Of a stretch of DNA of 64,000 nt, positions 19,201 to 28,915 are shown piece by piece. The stretch's first letter is position 1; the number at the start of each line of letters is the position of its first letter. The notes below the pieces were generated by a model. It had not been told where the DNA came from. It searched no databases and was given only the letters and a program-made list of their open reading frames with translations. Source of the stretch: Candidatus Latescibacterota bacterium (GTDB lineage: Bacteria > Latescibacterota > UBA2968 > UBA8231); the NCBI GenBank assembly GCA_965197905.1, contig CBDAOB010000005.1, positions 2,496,001 to 2,560,000 on the forward strand. The letters are read 5' to 3'. The position numbers were made by a program, and so were the translations under genes.

Positions 19201-19692
19201 TTATTGGAAAAGTTCCTTGATCTTGCCCCAGGTGCTCTCGTCTATCTCGGTGACAACACCCCTGTTTCCCGCTTGTGCCAGCACACGGCCCAAATCGCTT
19301 CCGGGACCGTCGGCGACTATTCGCCCATCCGCGTCGACGAGGATCGCGTGGTCATTCTCTTGAGCAAAGAAGGATTCCAGCTCTGTTGGCATTTCGATAC
19401 GCGCGGCTGCCCGGGTCATCAGCTGGTAAGACAGCTGGAGTTCGTTTTCCGAGATAGACTCTTCTCGTACAATCCCCGTCACCACAAGATCGGCGCCAAA
19501 CGGCTGGACGAGCCGCTGCAGATCCACGGCGCGCTCCCGTTGTTCCGCCTCTTCCAACGAAAAGAAATAATAGAACCGCTCGGAAGCTCCCTCGTTTCGC
19601 CTTACCCTCTCATCGCCACGGGCGCTTCCGTTAGTGACGCAGAGGAGAGCGACGGCGACAAGGGCGAGCGAATGGGGCATTCGGTGTTTCAT
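19201..19692 (-). CDS. Secreted hypothetical protein, possibly a degenerate thioredoxin-like fold, with C-terminal TWGKIK motif
   Basis: Signal peptide; HAILVDADGRIV resembles the terminal beta-hairpin of redoxins; no CxxC. Confidence 0.7.
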   Translation of the reverse strand: MKHRMPHSLALVAVALLCVTNGSARGDERVRRNEGASERFYYFFSLEEAEQRERAVDLQRLVQPFGADLVVTGIVREESISENELQLSYQLMTRAAARIEMPTELESFFAQENDHAILVDADGRIVADGPGSDLGRVLAQAGNRGVVTEIDESTWGKIKELFQ

Positions 19693-19815
19693 TAAGCCGA
19701 GAATTCCCTTTGGTACATGATGGTGAATCCTACGTGATAGCCCATATAATATAAGCGGTCGGGTCGGCAGCACCCAATTTTTTTTCATGTATCTTCAACT
19801 GTGATCGTAAATATA

Positions 19816-21099
19816 TTATTTGCAACTATTTACGGTTTTTGATCGAGCCAATACGTACGGACCTTTGGGCACGGCGACTATGGAAGCATTACGGCCGTGG
19901 CGATCCAGAGCTTGTTCGAGTCCCGCCTCCAACGATTCTACATGGTCTATCAGAAGTCGACCGGCGAACCGGGTGTCGATGCCTTCGGAGAAGAGTTTTA
20001 CGTCTGCTTTTTTTAGTACCTTACACAACTCTTGCAGTTGCCATTGGTCGATGACGAAAAATCCCGGATCGTCCAGACGTTCCATAAACGCCTCCACGTT
20101 CGGGGTGTCCGTGATCAGCTCGGTAAATTCGGGACTTCCGATCCCTTCCTCGCAACGAGCCGCGATCAATATGGTTCCGCCCTCTTTCAGAATGGGAAGC
20201 ACCGACGTCAATCCCTTGACCGCCTGGTAAAACGTCAGATCCAAGGGGAAACCGGCGCTGCATGTAATCACCACATCTACCGGCTTGCTTACATAGGCAG
20301 CGTTTTGAGTTTCGACGAATCGAACACCCTCGTCGTGCGCCTTTTCGAGATCGCCTGCGAACACGCCGGTGATTTCGCGCTGGGCGTTCATAGCTACGTT
20401 CAAGGTGAAATCCACCCCGGCTTTCTGCGCGACTTCCAACGCCTGCCGGTGAAACGGATTCCCTTCGATGATTCCTTCAGAAGAGTTGGGGTCGCCCATA
20501 AGCTCGGGACCGTGCAGAACCCGCATGGTCTCCACCCCCATGAGCCCGGGGCAGATCGCTTTGCGCCCGCCGGAGAAACCGGCCATGAGGTGGGGTTCGA
20601 TCAGCGAGGTAGCCACCTTCAAGTCTGCCTCGACGTAGATCCGATCTATCCAGATCGGTGCGCCGCACGATGTCTCACCGAGGTGCACCAGAGACTCCCG
20701 ATCTCGGGCCCGGTGGTTCACCACGATGTAGTTATCGGCGACCTCCGAGCCAACCAGCGAGACCAGCTCTTCCCCTTCGTTGGCACGGTGCAGCCCTGTT
20801 CCGATAAGAATCGTGATCGCTTCCCGGTCGATCCCAGCTTCTTCCAATGTCCGTAGCATCGGCGGCAGTATGGTGCTGTTAGGGACGGGGCGGGTGATAT
20901 CGGAGATTACGATACACGCGTTTTTTCGCCTTCGGGCAAGCTTGCCTAGGGCTGGTGTGCCGATGGGGCGTGACAGCGCGTTCTCGAGCGCCTGGTCCAC
21001 CATCGGCAGGCCCGGTGCGGGGTCCATTTCGAGAACCTGCGTTCGTGGAGGGACATCAAGCTCGATGCCATCATGGCCGTAGTCCAACCGAATCTTCAT
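19816..21099 (-). CDS. larA: Nickel-pincer-dependent lactate racemase family protein (LarA)
   Basis: SDITRP, GTGLHR, PHLMAGFSGGRK, VLHG, FYQAVK match the LarA active-site residues. Confidence 0.93.
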   Translation of the reverse strand: MKIRLDYGHDGIELDVPPRTQVLEMDPAPGLPMVDQALENALSRPIGTPALGKLARRRKNACIVISDITRPVPNSTILPPMLRTLEEAGIDREAITILIGTGLHRANEGEELVSLVGSEVADNYIVVNHRARDRESLVHLGETSCGAPIWIDRIYVEADLKVATSLIEPHLMAGFSGGRKAICPGLMGVETMRVLHGPELMGDPNSSEGIIEGNPFHRQALEVAQKAGVDFTLNVAMNAQREITGVFAGDLEKAHDEGVRFVETQNAAYVSKPVDVVITCSAGFPLDLTFYQAVKGLTSVLPILKEGGTILIAARCEEGIGSPEFTELITDTPNVEAFMERLDDPGFFVIDQWQLQELCKVLKKADVKLFSEGIDTRFAGRLLIDHVESLEAGLEQALDRHGRNASIVAVPKGPYVLARSKTVNSCK

Positions 21100-21974
21100 T
21101 CGGCTAGTTTATCCAGAAGATATTGGCGGAAAAGCTCGCCATGCTCCGGGTCGGCCAGGGCGAAGTCGGCGAAGGCACGGAAGTAACTCAGGGGCATGCC
21201 GATGTCGTAACGCCGTTCACCGGATTGCAGACGAACGCAACGGACTTCCTTTCCATCATCAAGGAGCGTGCGGATCGCATCGGCGATCCACAACTCGCCC
21301 CCTACTCCCGGTGCGATGCGATCGATCGCGTCGAAAATGTCAGGGGTGAAGACATAGCGAGCGGCCACAGCCAGACAGCTGGGTGCTGCATCCACCTTTG
21401 GTTTTTCGACGATGTCGGAGATGGGAAAGTCGTCGCCGGGTTCGTATGCCGGTTTGACCACACCGTACTTGTAGGTTTCCTCTCGGGGCACGTCCCAGAC
21501 GCCGATCGTAGCCGCCGAACCGTGGCGCTCGTGGGACTCCATCATGCGCGCCACAACCCCGGGATCGTATGGAGATGTTATGATCGTATCGCCGAATCCG
21601 ACCACGAAAGACTCAGAGCCGACAAACTCCGCCGCCAGACGAACAGCGTCGGCGTTGCCCGCGGGACGTCGTTGGCGCGCATACAGGAATTCGACTCCTT
21701 CAGCGGCATAGTCGATCTCGTCGATCCCTTCATCCTTGTCGGATAATCTGGCGTTCAGTTCCGGGTCGTCATCGAAATGATCTTCGATCGAGCGTTTCTT
21801 GCGACCTGTGATGAAGAGCAGCTTCTTGAGGCCCTGCTCGATCATCTCTTCGACCACGTACTGCACCACCGGTTTGTATCCCACCGGCAACATCTCTTTG
21901 GGTTGTGACTTCGTAGCTGGCAAGAGACGCGTGCCCATCCCAGCTACGGGGAAAACCGCCTTTCGGATAGTCAT
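21096..21974 (-). CDS. galU: UTP-glucose-1-phosphate uridylyltransferase
   Basis: KAVFPVAGMGTRLLPATKSQPKEMLP, IEDHFD, IVEKP, RYDIG. Confidence 0.92.
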   Translation of the reverse strand: MTIRKAVFPVAGMGTRLLPATKSQPKEMLPVGYKPVVQYVVEEMIEQGLKKLLFITGRKKRSIEDHFDDDPELNARLSDKDEGIDEIDYAAEGVEFLYARQRRPAGNADAVRLAAEFVGSESFVVGFGDTIITSPYDPGVVARMMESHERHGSAATIGVWDVPREETYKYGVVKPAYEPGDDFPISDIVEKPKVDAAPSCLAVAARYVFTPDIFDAIDRIAPGVGGELWIADAIRTLLDDGKEVRCVRLQSGERRYDIGMPLSYFRAFADFALADPEHGELFRQYLLDKLAE

Positions 21975-23824
21975 TCGTAAGCCGCCTCGATCAAGGTGCG
22001 ATACTGCTCCGCCACGGCGCCGGGAACGATCTTTTTCAACCCTTTGGTTAGGGTGCCCTTGTCTTCGTGCAGAGGCTCAGGTAAGAGTAGTATCTTCTGC
22101 GGTCGGGCGTACGCGGGAAGTCCCGCCTCGTGCGCCTCGCCGACTATCAACTCTCTTATTTCGTGTGCCAGCCCTTCGTCGCAGCGAACCACTTCATCGG
22201 GCTGCTTCTCCAACTCCGGAAACGCTCCTTCGCCAATCTGCCTTCGCACTTCTTCTACATCTACGCTGACCACGGGCATCGGATAGGTGCGGGACTGGTC
22301 ACCGAAGATGACCACATGCTCGATCAAGGGAACTCGCGAGAAAATGCGCTCCAGGAGCTCTGGATTGATAAACTCACCATTCTTGAGTTTGAACTGCCGG
22401 CCCAAACGCCCGTGGAAGGAAAGGTATCCTTCGTCGTCCATACTGAAGAGGTCGCCCGTTCGATACCATACCCGACCCTCGTCGTCCCCCACCAGCACGA
22501 GCGCGCTTTGCTCGGGATCGTTCAAATATCCCTTCATGACGTTAGCGCCGGAAGCCCATAGCTCGCCAACCGCACCACCGCTGCCCCGGTACTCCCGTTT
22601 GTCGGGATCGCCGGATCCGATGATCGCGCCCGAGGCGTCAACAAGCTTGACCGCGATCAGTGGGCGGCCCACTGTCCCTGTTTTGCGTCCGCCCAGGTGA
22701 TTGGCGGCGATCAAGGGCGCGCATTCGGTAACGCCGTAACCCTCGAACGTGGTGATATCCAGAACCTCTTGGAAGAAGTCGAGCGCCTCCGGATCGGCTT
22801 TAGCTGAACCGACCACGAGCAGCTCCAAGTTCCGTCCCACCTTGCTCGCCAGCTGGCTCTTGATTTTCCCAATAACCTTGGATCCGACGAGCTTGTGAAA
22901 CATTCGGTCAGCCAGCGACCCTTCGCGTCGGGAAAGACGCTCTTTGCTTCCCACCGCTCGCGCTATCAGCGATCCCTTCAGTCCGCCGGCATCGATCTCT
23001 TTGCGAACGTTGCCGTACACCTTGTCGAGTACGAGGGGGACCGTCAGCAGCGCTTGGGGCTCGGAAAAGCGGATGTCGCTCAACACCCGATCTGGTGAGC
23101 GGGCAAGATCAAGCTCCCATCCCTTTGCCAGCGGATAGTAGAGGTTGAGGATACCCATAGCGTGATAGTCTGGAGCGGACTTGAAGAACCGCAGAACCTC
23201 CCGACGGCTGATCACATCCCACACCTCGAGCAGGTTTGCGACGATGTTGGCATGGGTTTGGACGACTCCTTTTGGCAGCCCTGAAGAACCGGAGGTATAC
23301 AGAATCTTGGAGTCGTCATCCGGTCGAACCTCCACAGCGGGCACCTCACCCTCTTCACCATTAGTCAGCTGGGACCAGGTGGTCTGACCTTCCCGTCCCT
23401 CCCCGGTCAAGACTAACTGGGGCGCGTTTTCCAGAAACTCGTCAACCTTCAGGTACTGCTCATGGCCCGTCCTGTCGACCACCAACAGAGCGAGGGAGGC
23501 GTGATTGATCCCATGGATCAAGAGCTCCGCTGGCGACTGTGTGCACAGCGGGACCGCGCACATACCACACTTGTCCGCGGCCAAAAAGACCAGCAACGGC
23601 TCCAATCCACCGTCCGTCAGTATTCCGACGCGATCTCCCTTGCGCAGCCCGAGTTTCGCGAATCCCGCCGCCACCAGGTCTCTCTGGCGCGCCAGCTCCT
23701 CGTAGCTCATCGCTTCGTACTGCAACTCCCCCCCTGGCCCGGACTTGCCTAACGTGCGAACCGCGGTTCGCTGCCCAAAGCGGGCGAAACTGTCATCTAA
23801 CAGGTCGACGAGAGTCCGCTTCAC
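21971..23824 (-). CDS. Long-chain fatty acid-CoA ligase (AMP-binding, FACL-like)
   Basis: YTSGSSGLPKGV, EGYGVTE, VMKGY, WYRTGDL, GEFINPE. Confidence 0.9.
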   Translation of the reverse strand: MKRTLVDLLDDSFARFGQRTAVRTLGKSGPGGELQYEAMSYEELARQRDLVAAGFAKLGLRKGDRVGILTDGGLEPLLVFLAADKCGMCAVPLCTQSPAELLIHGINHASLALLVVDRTGHEQYLKVDEFLENAPQLVLTGEGREGQTTWSQLTNGEEGEVPAVEVRPDDDSKILYTSGSSGLPKGVVQTHANIVANLLEVWDVISRREVLRFFKSAPDYHAMGILNLYYPLAKGWELDLARSPDRVLSDIRFSEPQALLTVPLVLDKVYGNVRKEIDAGGLKGSLIARAVGSKERLSRREGSLADRMFHKLVGSKVIGKIKSQLASKVGRNLELLVVGSAKADPEALDFFQEVLDITTFEGYGVTECAPLIAANHLGGRKTGTVGRPLIAVKLVDASGAIIGSGDPDKREYRGSGGAVGELWASGANVMKGYLNDPEQSALVLVGDDEGRVWYRTGDLFSMDDEGYLSFHGRLGRQFKLKNGEFINPELLERIFSRVPLIEHVVIFGDQSRTYPMPVVSVDVEEVRRQIGEGAFPELEKQPDEVVRCDEGLAHEIRELIVGEAHEAGLPAYARPQKILLLPEPLHEDKGTLTKGLKKIVPGAVAEQYRTLIEAAYE

Positions 23825-24028
23825 CTATCCTCCCTATGGCTGTAATCGTACCAGAAAGATTACTGCAACTCGCTAATTGTATGGGATTTACATACATCTA
23901 GCAAGGTGGTCCGGAGCTTTGTTTTCACAATCTGATTGACAGATTTACACTAAAAATCCACTATATAGGTAACTGTTTTCCCCGACACATGTAGGTAGTT
24001 CCCCTTCTCGGGGTATCTGTTTTTCGCC

Positions 24029-26953
24029 ATGGACGAAGAGCGCGCGAAAGATCAAGCATCTGAAGCAGACGGCGAGGACCTTGCCGGCAGCTTGGAGTCA
24101 CTTCTGGAAGAGGAAGGTCTCGATCTAGGTGGTGACGATGACGCGCTGAGCGAAGACGATCTCGATGCTCTGTTCGACGGCGACGAGGAAGATTCAAAAC
24201 CCACCGTTTCGGACCGTCGCGATACCGGAACCTCGCGCACCGCGCGCGCCGACCGCAAGAAAAAGGACGTAGCCGACTACCGCGACCTCGAGGCCCAGAT
24301 GAAGCTGGATCCGCTGGGCATCCAGATCTCGGACGACAAGATGACGGCGTGGATCAGTCGCATCACCGCCGACAACAGCCTCGAAGAAATCGTCGGCTTG
24401 CTTGGGCGGCACAAAATAAAAGCCGGCATAGATTACGAGAGCATTCGCAATGCGCTCACCCGCGCCAGCCGCGGGCAGATTCAGTATGGTGTCGCCGTCG
24501 CCCGCGGCACCGCCCCTTCCACCATCAAGCCAGCTGAGATCATCTACCACATAGCCCGAGACTCCGATAAGGAGAGCAAGAGATCCAAGCTGACTTCGTT
24601 TGAGAAACTGAAGCACGCCCTCGACGGCTCTCACGTGGATGCGGCCAAGTCCTGGACTGGCGCCGCACGACTGGTTCCAAAAGGCGAGCTCATCGCCGAG
24701 ATCGTACCAGCAGAGGTGGCATCGGGGACGAATGTGTTTGGCGAGCAGATCTTTCCCAAGAACGATCAGCAATTGACGATCGAGCCCGGCGACAATGTCA
24801 GTTTGTGCGAAGACGGCACTCAATGCGTTGCGGATTTTCTCGGATACGCCGGCCTCGTGGAAGACAAGCCGACGGTCCTCGCACCGATGTGGATATCGGA
24901 CGATCACATGGAAGCCCGCTTTGTCTACACCACCCCGCAGCCCGGTGAGGTGCGCCCCATTCCGACCATGGAAGATCTCCTCGAGCTTCTGGAGATGGCG
25001 TGGATCGAATACGGGATCATGGACAAGCAGATCGACCTGATCGCCAAGCGGCTGGCCAAGAAACTGCCGTTGCCCGTGACAACGCCGATCGCCCAGGGCA
25101 CTCCGGAAATATCCGGCGAAAGCGCGCAGGTCAAATACGCCTTCGACCCGTACTCGGTCATGTCGTGGAACCAGCTGCAGAGCGTGTTGGGGCTCAAGGA
25201 TGCTGAAGAAATCGAAAATGCGTTCCACACCTATTTCGAGGAGGAGGGAGGCCACACCTTTGTGGCGTTCCGGACCGACGACCTTGTCGTCGAGAAGATA
25301 CCCTGCACCGAAGGTATTCCCGGCACTGACATTCAGGGCGAAGAGATCGCTGCGGACGATGGCCATGACACCCCCCTCGAGGTGGGAGATTTCCTGACCA
25401 TTTCGGAGGATCACTTAAGGGTCGTCTCCGAGTGTTTCGGACTCGTTTGCCTAAAATGGGACATTCAGGTTTCCCTGTTGCCTCCCATCCTGATATCACA
25501 GGACAAGAACAAGGTCTTCTATTTGAACCTTCCGCAAGGAAATATGCCGAAGCATCCCAGCATGGAAGAGATGCAAGATCTGATGGAGCGCCACGAGGTC
25601 AAGTTCGGATACAGCGACGAGCGCTGGGTTGAGATTCTTGCACGACTGGAAGCGGGCGAACAAACAGACTACCTCATCTGCATCGCCGAAGGGATACCCT
25701 CGGAGCGTGGAAAGGATGCCGAATTCGAATGGGCCCTCCAGATCGAAGATAGCAAGCCGGGCAGCATTATGGATGATGGCTCCATCGACTTTCGCGAGCG
25801 CGGACTGAACACCGTCGTAAAAGAGGGAGATATGCTTGGACGTCTGGTGCCTCCCAAGCCGGGAGTGCCGGGAAAGGATGTGCACGGCAACGATCTTCGA
25901 CCACCACCGCCACTCAACATCGAGGTCATCACCGATTCCCGCATCTACGCCGAAGCCACCGAAGAGGAAGGCATTATGGCCTTCTTCGTGGAAGCGGGCG
26001 GTGGCATCAGCACCAGCAGCGAGGTCAAGAAAGAGAAGGGGAAGCGGGCTAAGCGAATAAATATAGGGGTCTATCCCATATCCAACATCGAGGGCGATGT
26101 CGACTACCACACGGGCAACATCGATTTTAATGGCGATGTGGTTATCAAAGGTTCGGTGCAGCCGCAGTTTTCGGTCAAAGCCACCGGAACAGTTAGTATA
26201 GGTGGGTATGTGGAGTCCGGTGCATACATCTCCGCCGGAGGCGATATTCTGGTGAAGAGGGGCGTGGTCGGAGCGAACACCGAGCTTGTGGCCGGCGGCG
26301 ACGTGATGACCAAGTACATCCAGGAGGCGACGGTTCGTGCCGGGGCTAATGTGAAAACCGGCTCTTACATTTTCAACGCCTCGGTCAGGGCCGGAGGGAA
26401 GGTCGAGGTCGTCGGCAAGGGCGAAGGCAAGTCGAGGGCGTTGGTTGGCGGTTTGATCTGGGGCGGCGCCGAAATCATGGCTAAATCGATCGGCTCGCCC
26501 TACAACACCAGCACCAAACTCGTTGCCGGCATCAATCCCGACTTCGTTAACCGGGCAGAGCAGATCCGCTCCAACATGCAGGTGTGCGAGGGCAAGAAAC
26601 AGAAGATCATGAAAACCATTGGGGTCGAGAGTTTGGAGGTGGAGTTCATCAAACAGCGCTTGACCCTTGCCCGGTCTCCGAAGGATAAACAGTCGATCCT
26701 GCTGAACGTCAAACGAATCGCCAAGGTAGCCGAACTCGAGCAGAACCTGCAGAAGGAGTTGGAGGATATCGCTGAAGAGCAGCGCAAAGTGGCCCTCAAA
26801 GCGAGTATCAGAGTTGCCAGTGAGCTGTTTACAGGGGTGGAGTTGCGCATCGGCGAGCAAACGATGGTGATCAACGAAGACAAAGACAAAGTGGGATTCA
26901 AGCTGGTGCAGGAAGAAGAAGAGCTAAAGATCCAAGAGGGTCCACTCCGATAG
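24029..26953 (+). CDS. fapA: FapA (DUF342) flagellar assembly protein A family, extended
   Basis: IDFRE..VVKEGDMLGRLVPP..G.DVHG, GDVDYHTGNIDFNGDV.I.G.V beta-helix and a C-terminal coiled coil. Confidence 0.87.
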   Translation: MDEERAKDQASEADGEDLAGSLESLLEEEGLDLGGDDDALSEDDLDALFDGDEEDSKPTVSDRRDTGTSRTARADRKKKDVADYRDLEAQMKLDPLGIQISDDKMTAWISRITADNSLEEIVGLLGRHKIKAGIDYESIRNALTRASRGQIQYGVAVARGTAPSTIKPAEIIYHIARDSDKESKRSKLTSFEKLKHALDGSHVDAAKSWTGAARLVPKGELIAEIVPAEVASGTNVFGEQIFPKNDQQLTIEPGDNVSLCEDGTQCVADFLGYAGLVEDKPTVLAPMWISDDHMEARFVYTTPQPGEVRPIPTMEDLLELLEMAWIEYGIMDKQIDLIAKRLAKKLPLPVTTPIAQGTPEISGESAQVKYAFDPYSVMSWNQLQSVLGLKDAEEIENAFHTYFEEEGGHTFVAFRTDDLVVEKIPCTEGIPGTDIQGEEIAADDGHDTPLEVGDFLTISEDHLRVVSECFGLVCLKWDIQVSLLPPILISQDKNKVFYLNLPQGNMPKHPSMEEMQDLMERHEVKFGYSDERWVEILARLEAGEQTDYLICIAEGIPSERGKDAEFEWALQIEDSKPGSIMDDGSIDFRERGLNTVVKEGDMLGRLVPPKPGVPGKDVHGNDLRPPPPLNIEVITDSRIYAEATEEEGIMAFFVEAGGGISTSSEVKKEKGKRAKRINIGVYPISNIEGDVDYHTGNIDFNGDVVIKGSVQPQFSVKATGTVSIGGYVESGAYISAGGDILVKRGVVGANTELVAGGDVMTKYIQEATVRAGANVKTGSYIFNASVRAGGKVEVVGKGEGKSRALVGGLIWGGAEIMAKSIGSPYNTSTKLVAGINPDFVNRAEQIRSNMQVCEGKKQKIMKTIGVESLEVEFIKQRLTLARSPKDKQSILLNVKRIAKVAELEQNLQKELEDIAEEQRKVALKASIRVASELFTGVELRIGEQTMVINEDKDKVGFKLVQEEEELKIQEGPLR

Positions 26954-27072
26954 CCGACGAAAACAAACATTTATCCGGTTGCCCCGCATACTGAACCGCC
27001 GTACACTCCGACTCACTTTCAAGCTTTGCCTCAGTACGAACCGCACCAACAATCCTTCACAAGGAGCATTCG

Positions 27073-28728
27073 ATGAAGCACAGAAGCGGATCTTGCGCAT
27101 GGTCCTTCCTGCCACTCGCATTCGCACTGCTCGTGCATTCAAGCGTTACAGGCGAGGAGATCGCCTCCAATGACAGCTATAGTGGTGGCATGGGAAGCGT
27201 CACCGTAGATGGACAACAGTTTTATCGGATCAACTTCCGTCCCGACATTCCGATCGGCGCGTGGGGTGTGGCACTCGACGTCGAGCTTTTCATCGATGAA
27301 GAAGGCGGCTTCAGCGACCGCAGCTGGCGTTTCGGTACCGGCACGGAAGCGTTCGATACCTTCTTGAGGAAGCTCTACTACGTAAGGTACGGGCGGCCCG
27401 GAAGTGACACCTTCGTAAAGGTTGGCGCGCTGGACGATGTCACGCTGGGCTACGGTCTGATCATGAAGGGTTACCGAAACACCCTTCAATACCCTGGAAT
27501 CAAGAAGACGGGTTTGCAGTTTGAGCTCAAGAACCTTGGCACGATGGGCTTCGGAGTGCAAGGTGTGGTCAACAACTTCCAGGACTTCGAAGCGGGCGGG
27601 GCGCTGGTTGGACTGAGACTCTCCGCGAAACCCGCAGGAAAGCTCGAATTCGGGATAACCTACGTGGTAGACTTGGATCAGTACGGCGGTCTCCTGGACA
27701 GTGACGACGACGGCGTTCCGGATGCGGTCGATGCCTTTCCGAACAACGATCGCCGGTCCCTGGACAACGATGGCGATGGCGTCAGCGACGAGCAAGACAG
27801 CGACGACGACAATGACGGCGCCATCGATGTCGACGCGGGCAGCGGCCTTCCGGATGAGGTGAAAAGCGCGCTCGGGCAGCTGAACAGCCAACACGGCGAT
27901 GCCGTGTTTCCGATCGATGCGGATGTCAGCCGCAAGAATCCGTTCAATCGCGACCGCGTCGATGGCGACCGCTTCTCTATGTTGGGTTTCGACGCTTCCT
28001 ACCCCATCGTCAGCGGCTCAGCGCTCCAGCTGCGGCTCTATGGCCAGCTAGCGATGCTTCTCGATGACGACGACGAACTGAGCCTCGCCGAATCCGGAGC
28101 CCAGGGGGTTCAGGGCGGCAACCGCAAGGCCGAGGGTCTGGGCATTGCCGCTCCAGGACTCTGGCTCAAAGCCGGGCCCCTCAACGGACAAATCGAGTTC
28201 CGTCATTTCCGCGACGACTTCGACTCGGGCTATTTCGACAATCTCTACGAGTTGGACCGGGCCCGAATCGATGTGGCGACCGGTTTGGCCAATCCAAAGG
28301 ATGCATTGCTGCGACGCGATGAAAGCGCCTCGGGCATCTACGGAGGGTTGAGCACCCATATCTCCCAGATTATCACGGCTTCGGCCGACTACCAGTATCT
28401 GACCGGTGGCGACAACCCCAAACAGCAGGTGCATGCCAGCGCCAGCATCTCCAAAGAGTTTTTGAAGAATGTTCCCCGATTGACCATGGCACAGGCGTAT
28501 TACCAAAAGAACAATATCGGCGCGCGCACCAACCAGGATGGGGATCCGGGGTCCGAGGACGATTTCTTCGAATCGACCGAGGATACCTTTTACGGATACC
28601 TGCTGGGGTTGGAAATGGCAGGCGGAGTGTCGGTCCGATGGGATACGAGGTACGTGTTTTCTCGGGATTCCGGGGGCGAGCTCGATCGCGACAAGATCAT
28701 GACGATAGAGACCGTATTCAATTTCTAG
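27073..28728 (+). CDS. Putative outer-membrane beta-barrel protein with TSP3-like Ca-binding insert
   Basis: Signal peptide, amphipathic strands and terminal ETVFNF; insert DSDDDGVPDAVDAFP..DNDGDGVSDEQDSDDDNDG. Confidence 0.75.
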   Translation: MKHRSGSCAWSFLPLAFALLVHSSVTGEEIASNDSYSGGMGSVTVDGQQFYRINFRPDIPIGAWGVALDVELFIDEEGGFSDRSWRFGTGTEAFDTFLRKLYYVRYGRPGSDTFVKVGALDDVTLGYGLIMKGYRNTLQYPGIKKTGLQFELKNLGTMGFGVQGVVNNFQDFEAGGALVGLRLSAKPAGKLEFGITYVVDLDQYGGLLDSDDDGVPDAVDAFPNNDRRSLDNDGDGVSDEQDSDDDNDGAIDVDAGSGLPDEVKSALGQLNSQHGDAVFPIDADVSRKNPFNRDRVDGDRFSMLGFDASYPIVSGSALQLRLYGQLAMLLDDDDELSLAESGAQGVQGGNRKAEGLGIAAPGLWLKAGPLNGQIEFRHFRDDFDSGYFDNLYELDRARIDVATGLANPKDALLRRDESASGIYGGLSTHISQIITASADYQYLTGGDNPKQQVHASASISKEFLKNVPRLTMAQAYYQKNNIGARTNQDGDPGSEDDFFESTEDTFYGYLLGLEMAGGVSVRWDTRYVFSRDSGGELDRDKIMTIETVFNF

Positions 28729-28784
28729 TGTAGGGAACAGCAGACCGTTCGCGCGAGCTTACATCACCTTCGACACAGCCGATG

Positions 28785-28824
28785 CAAAATATGGGCACTT
28801 TTCACCAAAGGTGCCCATATTTTG
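28785..28824. terminator. Long AT-rich inverted repeat, likely a terminator
   Basis: CAAAATATGGGCACTTTT-CACC-AAAGGTGCCCATATTTTG: 18-bp arms with one G-U pair. Confidence 0.6.
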
Positions 28825-28886
28825 TGTACACAGTACAGAAATAGCGATACGTTTCTCCAAAAGATGCGATTTTTCTAAATCTGAAC

Positions 28887-28915
28887 TTGCAACAATCCGA
28901 AATATACAGTATAAT
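28887..28915 (+). promoter_or_regulatory. Sigma70 promoter of ilvBN
   Basis: TTGCAA-N17-TATAAT. Confidence 0.7.

Noticed and set aside
23905..23925. Sigma54-like site upstream of fapA (TGGTCCGGAGCTTTGT)
   Set aside because: The spacing is off by one and the -12 GC is absent.
24194..26860. Long antisense ORFs (406 and 454 aa; similar ones at 35751-37118, 49942-51249 and elsewhere)
   Set aside because: They are shadow ORFs opposite well-supported genes, as expected from high-GC codon bias, and carry no motifs.
28782..28844. Short ORF MQNMGTFHQRCPYFVYTVQK as an ilv leader peptide
   Set aside because: It is not enriched in Ile/Leu/Val and lies upstream of the predicted promoter.
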